The notes under the pieces were generated by a model that ran no database searches, had not been told where the DNA came from, and saw only the letters and a list, made by a program, of their open reading frames with translations. From an uncultured Bacteroidales bacterium (GTDB taxonomy: Bacteria; Bacteroidota; Bacteroidia; Bacteroidales; Paludibacteraceae), in NCBI GenBank assembly GCA_902799555.1, contig CADCBB010000002.1, forward strand, positions 45,552 to 109,551: 64,000 nucleotides of DNA. The letters run 5' to 3'. Positions 49,626 through 59,000 of the stretch are shown here, piece by piece (position 1 is the stretch's first letter; every line of letters begins with the position of its first letter). The translations under genes and the position numbers were made by a program.

Positions 49626-49646
49626 CACCCGCTTTTGAAAAAATGA

Positions 49647-49720
49647 GGCGGGATAGCTCAGCTGGTTAGAGCGCATGATTCATAATCATGAGGTCCCCAG
49701 TTCAATCCTGGGTCCCGCTA
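49647..49720 (+). tRNA. tRNA-Met (anticodon CAU; lysidine-modified tRNA-Ile2 not excluded)
   Basis: Acceptor GGCGGGA/TCCCGCT (G1-U72), D arm GCTC-AGCTGGTTA-GAGC, anticodon stem CATGA/TCATG with loop TTCATAA, T arm CCCAG-TTCAATC-CTGGG, discriminator A. Confidence 0.85.
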
Positions 49721-49723
49721 CAG

Positions 49724-49749
49724 AAAACGTCCGTTCAGGGCGTTTTTTT
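49724..49749 (+). terminator. Terminator after tRNA-Met
   Basis: AAAACGTCC-gttca-GGGCGTTTTTTT. Confidence 0.75.
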
Positions 49750-49760
49750 GTGCCTACCTC

Positions 49761-49791
49761 TTGCATATATCGCAAAAAAGCAGTAATTTTG
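49761..49791 (+). promoter_or_regulatory. Promoter for the small lipoprotein
   Basis: TTGCATATATCGCAAAAAAGCAGTAATTTTG. Confidence 0.65.
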
Positions 49792-49817
49792 CAGCAAATT
49801 TTAAATTGTATAACGTT

Positions 49818-50339
49818 ATGAAAAAGATTCTTTGTCTCTCCGTAGCGGTCATGATGATGGCCGGCTGTGGATTTATGAAAAACAGTACTTCAAGTAATGC
49901 ACCGCAAACGACGAACACGGCTGCGACGAATGTGGCAAGCAATGCCCTCAGCGCCGGACAAGGTGCAGGTAACGCCCTCATGCAGTTGTACAACCAGTAC
50001 AAAGCTGATGGCAACAAGTACGATTACAAGAACATGCAGAACGCGCTTAACACCGTTACGCTGCTGGCTAACTGCGAGGGTCTGAAGACCAATTACAAAG
50101 ACAAGACCTACCTCAAAGAGTTCGGCAAAGGCTTGATCGCTTCGTCCCTGGGTCTGGTGACGCAGAATAATGTGGAGACCGTTACTAGCAGTCTGGTAGA
50201 TATGGTGAAGAACAACGAGACTGTTCAGAACGCTACCACCCAAGCGCAGAACACCGCTTCCACCGCTGCCGGCTATGCCAACACCGCTGCCCAGTACGCC
50301 GGTGCTATCAGTTCTCTGCTCTCCGCTTTCGGCAAATAA
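49818..50339 (+). CDS. Small Ala/Asn/Thr-rich lipoprotein, hypothetical
   Basis: Lipobox MMMAGC, own promoter block and terminator. No family recognised. Confidence 0.6.
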   Translation: MKKILCLSVAVMMMAGCGFMKNSTSSNAPQTTNTAATNVASNALSAGQGAGNALMQLYNQYKADGNKYDYKNMQNALNTVTLLANCEGLKTNYKDKTYLKEFGKGLIASSLGLVTQNNVETVTSSLVDMVKNNETVQNATTQAQNTASTAAGYANTAAQYAGAISSLLSAFGK

Positions 50340-50402
50340 TGCAGCCGATAGTATAACTTACTGCTAAAATATTAGCATTTAGCATCAAAAATACGCTATA
50401 AC

Positions 50403-50427
50403 TGCTAATATTTTAGCATTTTTTTTT
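50403..50427 (+). terminator. Terminator of the lipoprotein gene (second of twin hairpins)
   Basis: TGCTAA-tatt-TTAGCA followed by a T9 run. The exact reverse complement of this 16-mer lies at 50362-50377. Confidence 0.6.
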
Positions 50428-51460
50428 AGAAGTATTCTCTTACCGCAAATTCGTACTGATCAATGAAGATCTTTTTGAAGGCGTGCAGATTATTCTGTTC
50501 ATAGAAAATCAACATCGCTTTCTTATAATCAATCGAATCAACCGTGCGGAACGATAACGGGCAATAGCCGTTAGCAATCAGCAACGCGTTGCTTGTGATG
50601 CGCGCCGTGCGTTTATTCCCGTCCATAAAAGGCTGGATGTAACTGAGTAGCAAAAGTGCCAACAATGCTTTCTCAAACACGTTCGAGCGACTATTGATTA
50701 AGTTACATGTATCCCGCATGGCCTCGCGGATCTGAAACTCATTGTCCAGCGGTCGATATTGCGTGCCGGTTATACCGACTCGGCGATGACGTAGGCCTGT
50801 GTCTACCGATAGTTCTTTAGTAAGCAATTGATGAATATCTTCTATATGACTAATGGTCAACTCCTGCAAATAATCGGGATTATCCAATACAAAACGTAAT
50901 GCGTCTTTGTGATTTAGCAGCATCACCGCTTCCTCTTTCGTCTTACCGTCGGCAGTCTTACTCTCTCGCAGTAACCTTTCTGTCTCCAGTAGCGAATAAG
51001 TGTTACCTTCTATCTGCGAAGATTTCCAACTCAAATCAATACCCAACCGCTCCATCTCTTTGCGGTACTCGTTCTCACTCATATCCGCTAAATGCGCACG
51101 AAACTCTGCCTGCAATTCATTGAGTTGTTTCAACTCGTCTTCCGTAAATAAAGCTACATGAGGCATCTGCACGTTGATAAGCGCAAAGTTAAAACTTGTT
51201 TGCACCTGTCGGTCATCCACATCTTGTGCAAAATAGGTATCTAAATCAAGCGGCATTAACAAATGCGCACGATTAGATAAGGAATAACGCGTTGCACGTG
51301 CCTTCCCTTCCACGATAATATCACCATTTTCTACTCCTGCCGCGATAAGCCGTTTGAGCGTAGCATCGCTTTCTTGAAAACCGATACCTGCGCGAATATC
51401 CTCACGAGAAGACATAGGATGATAGTGCAAAAATTGCAGTATTTCACGAGCCGTTTCCAT
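50426..51460 (-). CDS. Fic/Fido-domain protein with degenerate catalytic motif
   Basis: Inhibitory-helix-like SSQIEGN. The core motif reads QPFMDGNKRTAR instead of HPFxxGNGRxxR. Confidence 0.8.
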   Translation of the reverse strand: METAREILQFLHYHPMSSREDIRAGIGFQESDATLKRLIAAGVENGDIIVEGKARATRYSLSNRAHLLMPLDLDTYFAQDVDDRQVQTSFNFALINVQMPHVALFTEDELKQLNELQAEFRAHLADMSENEYRKEMERLGIDLSWKSSQIEGNTYSLLETERLLRESKTADGKTKEEAVMLLNHKDALRFVLDNPDYLQELTISHIEDIHQLLTKELSVDTGLRHRRVGITGTQYRPLDNEFQIREAMRDTCNLINSRSNVFEKALLALLLLSYIQPFMDGNKRTARITSNALLIANGYCPLSFRTVDSIDYKKAMLIFYEQNNLHAFKKIFIDQYEFAVREYF

Positions 51461-51613
51461 AGGCCAATTTTTAAAATCGGTGCAAAATTACAAAAAATAT
51501 TTGAATAATCGGCTCAATTTGAGCAAAAAAATGCAAAAAATCTTGCTTTTTTGAGCCGATTGGGCATTTTCCGCAATTTTTATGCCCTTTTTGATTTTTT
51601 TTTGTCCTCTCTC

Positions 51614-51644
51614 TTGCATATCTCACAAAAAAGCAGTACCTTTG
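51614..51644 (+). promoter_or_regulatory. Promoter ahead of the acid phosphatase (250-nt leader)
   Basis: TTGCATATCTCACAAAAAAGCAGTACCTTTG. Confidence 0.6.
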
Positions 51645-51893
51645 CAGCCGATATAATACAACCTTATTATCACCATATGAAAAAAATTCTATTAAACTAC
51701 ATTATGGGATGACTTGATGGCTATCTATATGCAGTATGGGTTCCAACGCGAATATACACTCAAATGGAAAATCAGCGCAGAGAACCAACGGCCGTGGAAA
51801 GAGAACAAGGAACAAATCATGCAACTTTTCCGCAATGCTCTCCATTCGATTCACGGCACAACAATTACTGAAAGACAATAAATACCAAGTATT

Positions 51894-52598
51894 ATGAAAA
51901 GAATCCTTATTATTCCGTTTTTATTGCTGTCCGTCTGCTTGATTGCAGGGGAACCACATCCGTATTACACCTCCCCGGAAATGCCGAATGCGTTGCATTA
52001 TCTGCCGGCACCTCCGCAGAGCAATGAGATGCGCTTCGCGTATGACACGGCGCAATATAACTGGGGCAAACGCATGCGTCCGACACCGCGCGGTGAGAAA
52101 GCACGCCTGGATGCAGAGTACAGTATTGATCGTATGGCGGCTATCTTCTCGCCGGTCATGGGCATAACCATTTCCGAGAAAAACACACCGCAGATATGGA
52201 AACTGCTGGTGGATGCTACCAAGACTGCGGATTTCGCATGCGATAGCGCCAAAATAACCTATATGCGCAAACGTCCTTATATGGTCTTCCATGAGCCGAC
52301 CCTGATGCCCGAAGATGAAGAGCCGCTGAGCCATAACGGTTCGTATCCTTCCGGCCATACGACACTCGGCTGGACGACGGCGCTCATCTTATGCGAGATC
52401 AATCCTGCCGCGCAAGACGCTTTGCTCAAAGAAGGCTTTGAATATGGTCAGAGTCGTGTCATTGCCGGTTTCCACTGGCAGAGTGATGTCGATGCCGCAC
52501 GCGTAGTCGCAAGTGCCGCTTTTGCACGTTTGCATACCAGCAAAGCATACCTCAAGCAATTGAAGAAAGCACAGCGAGAGTTCAAAAGGAAAAAATGA
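51894..52598 (+). CDS. Class A (PAP2) acid phosphatase, secreted
   Basis: Signature KITYMRKRP, PSGHT, SRVIAGFHWQSD. Signal peptide present. Confidence 0.85.
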   Translation: MKRILIIPFLLLSVCLIAGEPHPYYTSPEMPNALHYLPAPPQSNEMRFAYDTAQYNWGKRMRPTPRGEKARLDAEYSIDRMAAIFSPVMGITISEKNTPQIWKLLVDATKTADFACDSAKITYMRKRPYMVFHEPTLMPEDEEPLSHNGSYPSGHTTLGWTTALILCEINPAAQDALLKEGFEYGQSRVIAGFHWQSDVDAARVVASAAFARLHTSKAYLKQLKKAQREFKRKK

Positions 52599-53076
52599 GT
52601 GCGGTTTTTTTTCGATAGCGAAAAGCGAGGTAGCCGGCGGAGAGGAGCAAGAGGAAGAGCCAGGGTGTGTCGCCGATAGGCATCGGATCTTCTTCTTCTA
52701 CTTCTACTTCACCCATACCAGGACCGTCCGGATCAAAAGGATCGCCCATAAGTACGACCTCTCCACCCATAAGCGGCGTGTACTGCATATCGAATTTATC
52801 GGCATAAGCGGAGGTGGACCGGAAGCGCAAGACAGGAAAATCGGAGCGTCCTGCCAGCGGGTTCTTCGTAGTGCGAGAAGTAGTAGTGCCGTAAGTGCCC
52901 GGCGCAGTCATCGCGTGATAATTAGAGCCGTTCATCGTAGAGAGCGGTTGATAGCCCCATCCTTGCGAAGACGTGTTCCTGTCATAGGCGGACGCGATGG
53001 ACTGTGTGTAGCTTGCGCCACACAACAGCCATAGCATCAAAACATATCTTATTAAAACAAACTTATTTTTCATCAT
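52582..53076 (-). CDS. Hypothetical secreted protein with acidic stretch and C-terminal TM plus basic tail
   Basis: 164 aa. N-terminal signal peptide. C-terminus EVEVEEEDPMPIGDTPWLFLLLLSAGYLAFRYRKK. Lies 19 nt downstream of the giant ORF on the same strand. Confidence 0.55.
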   Translation of the reverse strand: MMKNKFVLIRYVLMLWLLCGASYTQSIASAYDRNTSSQGWGYQPLSTMNGSNYHAMTAPGTYGTTTSRTTKNPLAGRSDFPVLRFRSTSAYADKFDMQYTPLMGGEVVLMGDPFDPDGPGMGEVEVEEEDPMPIGDTPWLFLLLLSAGYLAFRYRKKTALIFSF

Positions 53077-53095
53077 TCTTTTTCTTTCCCTTTCA

Positions 53096-56000
53096 TCATC
53101 TTATTTGTTGCCCGTAGATAGAGTACACATGTCCGTCCCTGAGGATGAAGACCTGTCCATTACGTATAAATTTCACAGCTGCAGCATCGTCCTCCCGGAG
53201 CGGAGTAAAGCCGGTAGTAACCGGATTCTCATCGTCCTGAGTTGGCACATATCCCGGACGGCGGATATAATAGCGCATCATATGGCTGGTCTCCGGTGTC
53301 TCGATCTCGAGGCATATACCATCAAGGATGGGTCGCTCGATATCCAAGAGCGCATCGTAGAGTACGAGGTCACCGTCTATATTATTGACGCCTGTGAACC
53401 AGAGATAGGAGTTCGGTTCAAACGGCAGTTCGCTATTATAGAAGGAGATCGGTACATTGACAATCTCGTCGCGCAGGTCAATGGACAATCCGCTATTTCC
53501 CTCCAAAGCGTAGATATTAAACGGCGTAGCCGGCGCATTGGTCATAGAGAAGTTATCAATATTGACCGTAGTCAGTACTGCATCCTCACCACTAAGCACT
53601 GCTTCGTTAAAGCCCTGACCGAGCAAGAGACGCGAGGTACAACGCGGCGAAGCGGGGTTCACCGCCGTGACGGTCATGATGCCTTTGGCAATTGGTCGTT
53701 GATCATTGGTCATTGCTAATCTGCGCGGTGCGGGTGCCGGATCTGGTACTGCTTCTCTTTGGCTGGCGTCCGTTACGATGCGATTCGTATTGAGGGTCAC
53801 CATCAGCGACGTCGTAGCTTTTTCGCTGTCTTTCAGTTTCAACTCTATCGCGTGCATCGGAGGCAAGTAACGCGAGAGAGAAGTGATCACGTCCTCTTCG
53901 ACAACGGCAGGTTTCGTTTTGGGTTGCCAGATACCATCTGCATCGATATATCGGAACTCGCCCTTCACTTTCTCACTATTATCCGCCAAGAAGCCCAGAA
54001 TATCGATATATCCCATGGTGGGGTTACCGAAGATGAAGGAGGTTGAAGCGGTCTCGTTCGTCAGGGTGTAGTCTTCGCTCGTAGCCGCTTTGCCCGGGTA
54101 GAACGCCATCTTGCCTACCTTGTCCGCACTACCGGCGCTCTTTGCACGTTCCGCACGCAAGCCGGACTCATAGCGAGACCAAACGACATTACCGGAGGTG
54201 GTGAAGTAATAATACACATCGTCGTTCTTCGGCAGGCGCACATCCGCCGGGTTGCCGGATTTGGTGCGCGAATAAACCGCCCATCCTTGTGCGGGTTTCA
54301 AAGGAAGCTTCATAGCGTTGGTAACCTTGGACCAATCGGCGGCGGAGGTAAAGGTAGAGTCTTTTTCCCTTGTATAACCTATTTTCTTCACCTCACGGCT
54401 GTAAAGCGAGAGCCAGAAGGTTGCGTTACCCGTATTGTAGTTACGTCCCGAAGCATCGAACGAACCTACTTCCCATAGCGGTGTCTCATTTCTCAGATCG
54501 GCGTTCGCCATGTAGAGATCGCCCGAAAGCAGTCCTTCTATCGGCGCAGTACGCAGAGCCCATTTCTGGTTCGGTGCGCTGAGATCGGCAATCACACTAT
54601 CGTATTCGAGGCGTTGCTGCTGACTAAGCGCCGCACCCGCGAGGAAGCGGATGGATTTGCATTTGTTGTACTGGAATCCAACCATTTGGATGGAATCCTC
54701 AAACGGAATTATCTCCGGTATAACCGGATAGGGTTTGCCATCCGTCATGGGCGGGATGAGCACGTGGGTGGTGGATAGCGGTGCAAAGTTCGCCGTCTCA
54801 TGAATCAACGTGTTATCCGGATTAATACCAATCCAGTTATCGGGATTGTTCCATCGGTTATCGTTCTCGTCATGCGGCTCCCAACGCAGGTAATCGGGTA
54901 CAACGCTGACGGTAAACGGCACAACACCTACCGGACATCCGTCTTCTCCGGCCCATCCAGACGCTCCGGACGAGGTCATCATCTCGATACCAAAAGTATA
55001 GCTATATCCTGGGCGCATGCGATAGTTGGTAGAAGGCGATGGTTCCACTATCAGCGTATCATTGCCGTTGGTGTAATAACTCGGGTTCTCCCCCGTTGTA
55101 CTCCAGGTTCTATCTGTTACGAGACCCAAGGTATGGATACCCTCCAGATATTCCGGATCATTAGTAGAGAGGAAGTCTATCTGCTTCAATGCCACTTTTC
55201 GGTTACCATACTCGTCGAGCATCAGCGAGTCAATCGGAATAGCCAACTCAGAATTGGCATGAGTCTCGTCCGCCAGCACGGTAATCGGTGTCCCTAACTC
55301 CGACTCCGGACGTTTCAAACCTCCGATAATCAGCGGAAGACCGCCACCTATACTCGACCCAAGAGAAATCTGGATAGGCGTCGGACAAACCTCTATATTC
55401 ATATCCTTCATCACCTCCGAGCCGGTACCCGGTATCGGGAAAATGGTATATTTAACCGTTGAATCCACCGGCGTTATAATCGATAGCGAGGATTTATAGA
55501 GGGTTAGATATCCTTTATTCACCAGATGCGAGAGGATCGTATAAGGGTGCACATCGCCTGTTATAGTAACATTTCTATCCAGCTGCACTTTTTTCATCTC
55601 TGTCCGGCTCACATCTGCAAAACTCTGCGCAAACTGGTTTGCATTGGTACCATACTCATTATCCACCCGAAGAATATCTCGAATGACTTTAACGATATCC
55701 TCATAGGCATAACCGTAGGTAGTTGCGCTGGTAGCCTTTGTGGTATCGCCATAGAGGAGCCAGTCGTTATAACACGTACCGGTGACCTCAATCGGTGCTA
55801 CACTATCGAGGAGCAGCGTACCTTTGACATGCAGCGAGACATCATAGGTCGTGTTATTACACATTTCCGTCACTTCTTTGTCAGGCTTCTCCTCACCGTT
55901 GAGGGTCAAGATAATACGGTTTCTCACCTTGAGCGAACGGGTCATGGCACACTTACTGGACATCAGCGTGTACTTAGAATTCGACATGTGAACCGTGTAC

Positions 56001-59000
56001 GTATGATCGCCCGACATCTTTGCGGAGTGGATAATATACAATACGGGTCGGATCGAGTCGTCAAGGTGCTCGTAGATATATCCCTCACGGAAGACAACTA
56101 CACTCGGATCCTCTACATGCGCATCTAAAGTCCTCTCAAATTTATTCACCAACTCCTGCAAGTTCGGGAAGATTGAATCGGCATGAAGCGGATGATAGTA
56201 TCTATCGGGCAAAGGAATCTTACCATAAAGCGTATCTTTGGTATGCGGGGGTACGGCTTTGATCGTATCCTCGTTGTAATACTGATCCTCTAATTTCAAG
56301 AAGGTCGTATCATTGGTTTTCGACACATCCATGATGGTATAGAACTCATTCGATATTTTTCCTTCAATATAAGCATCCTCGGTAAATCCCTGGTAGTCCA
56401 GACGGAGCACCACGTGGGTGAGCGAGTCAGCTTCGTTATCGGCTTTGCAAGTCGTGTTCGCCTGATAAACCATCAACGGCGGTTTGGTAGCAAAGATACG
56501 CATATCATCGATGATAAAGTCATTACCATCGTTATTGGATGCCATGTTAAATACGCGTACGCGATAATTGGTATAGTCTTTATCCATCTCTATCGGGAAA
56601 TAGATCTGGTACCATTTATTCGAAGGCTCCAAGTCACCGGTCATATAGGAAGTGACATCCGTCCATTTGCTACCATCCTTTGAACCTTGTACGGAGAAAA
56701 GGAAGTTCGGTCGTGCTTTATTGGAAGCAGTCTGGTTAGAGCAATTCCCCACATAGCCGGAGAAGTAGAGTTTCTGACCCTCGCATAGGTGAGACTCCAA
56801 GGAGAGGGCTGCTACCTGACCGGCAGAAGCCATACCGTCGCAGTAAATCATATAGCCATTCTCGGCACCGCCGTGCTGCTCCATTTTATGCCAATATTCC
56901 GAATACGGGATACGATTTACCAAGCCATACTCACCCATGTTCGGGAAATCCTCCTGAGCGTGTAAACGATTGTGTATAATGTTCAGGTTCAGAGGATAAG
57001 TAAATCCATACGAAGCGTCTGACCATTGCAACGGATGCGGATAGAGTTGATACTCTTTTCCGGGTTTGTTATAATCGAAGTTCAGTCGCTCCAACACATC
57101 GAAGTGCTCATCGATCTCTTCATTCGTAATAATCGCCTTACCGTTGGTCTCTATCTGCGGACCGAACTTCTCCTTGCGGTGATAGATAATGGTGTAGCGG
57201 CAGATATTATATACCGAGTCGCCTACGACAGGCTTATCTTCATCACCAGGTTCTCCACTTTGCGCTGTATAAACACTTTTAGCACGCAAACAGTAAATCA
57301 CGGTATCAACTCCCGAAGCAGAAGTGATATTCGTCTTTGCGTTCACGATGAGGAAGTCGTCGTCCTTGGTCGGTTTCGAGTCAATTCTGGTATAAGTATC
57401 CTCCTTTTTATTATAGATGTACCAGATACAATCGGCATCCCATCCGCCGCACCAGATCATGGAGTCCTTACGCGCATCATCCCAACCACCGGTGTACCAG
57501 TTGTCATCCTTCATGTAGTAGCCCAAAAGAGACTCCGAGTGTTGCTGGTCTCGAAGGTTATCATAGTTATAGCGTTGCTCAGTCTTTAGCAACAGACGAT
57601 TTCCTATCGGAGCACGTACCACATGATCCTCCATGTATTTCTGACCTGCATACTCCGCATCCTTATGGTATTTATAATGCTGCATCGTATCTGCCATCTC
57701 CGTCCAAGGGTGCAACTCGAAGACCTCGCGCAGCGAAAGTGTCGGCTCGGTAATCGTCCCCAGCGTATCAAGGACTGCCGTATCGACGTTATTGATATTT
57801 TTCATGGACAAGGGCAGGTTGTCGTAATAGTTACTGATATCTACTGCGTATGTCACCACTTTTTTATCAATAGGCGGATAGACCGAGGGGTTCTTAGCCG
57901 GCGGATCATTACGGGCACCATAATCAATCGATTTATTATGGAAGACCGTATAACGTCCTTGAGTGACATAAATAGAATCGGGTTGTCCGTCCTCGCCTTT
58001 TCGGGGATTAAGCACTTTACCTCCGATGGTATGGAAGGCGTAGTTCCATTTACCGGTATTGGTAGGACTAAATCCGGTCACCCACAACGAGTCGGGAAGG
58101 TCCATATCCGATACATCATTTTCTTTCTCATCTTTGCCCTCTCTATACCAACGCCACCAGCCGTAGAAGTTACGCTCACGAACTGGCAGTTCGACACGCT
58201 GATCCTCGGATTGTTCTCCGCCCGAAGCGTTATAGTAATAGAGGATGCGTTTATTCTCATGTACTTGCTGCACTCCATTTTTTAAGGTGTCGCCCGACGC
58301 TCCACCGGTATGGGTCAGTGTCTGGTTGCCGTCATAACTATATCGGCTTCTTTGCGACACACGAAGTTGGAAATTGACAAATCGCATTTTGCCATCGACG
58401 TTCAAGGTATATGCGATATAGATGTTGGCTGCACGAGGAGCACGTACACCATTCTCTTTGCATTGCACGGTGATTGTGTTCTTGCCTTTCCGTATGATCT
58501 CACACCAACCCGGCGTATTACCATACTCATCTATCAGACGAATCTCCGATAAATTAGGATTAGTGAAGTCCATATCTTTGGTATGATTATCTCCCGTACC
58601 GGTATAAGAAACCACGTGGTTTTCAACATCCAAGGTATTCGTACCCTTTCTGTGATAAGTATGCAGCACAAACTCAATCGTATCATTCTCGTCCTCGATA
58701 ATCACAGGCGGGAAAGTATAGTTATAGGCATCATCATCAACATAACATAGGAGCGAGTCGTACGGCGCCGTATGGTATGTTTTTCGGATAAGCGGAATCT
58801 TGAGATGCGCATCCTCGATGGACTTAAAACTGCTCCAATCGCCTTTGAAGCGGTACTCCGGAGCTTTGTCTTTGAGGGATATCTGCACATCGAGTGTATC
58901 AACGATATTGGTAGTATAAGCGCCCAGCGGACTGGAACCAGCCGGTGTTACCGTGGTAGTGAGTTCACTATCGGTCGTTCGGCTCAATCCGCTCGCTCCG

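Noticed and set aside
49647-53076. Genomic island integrated at tRNA-Met (lipoprotein, Fic, acid phosphatase, small protein)
   Set aside because: No integrase, recombinase, transposase or phage gene is present, and I saw no direct repeat of the tRNA 3' end downstream. Promoter blocks are of the same native type as elsewhere. Accessory character is possible, but a mobile element is not supported.
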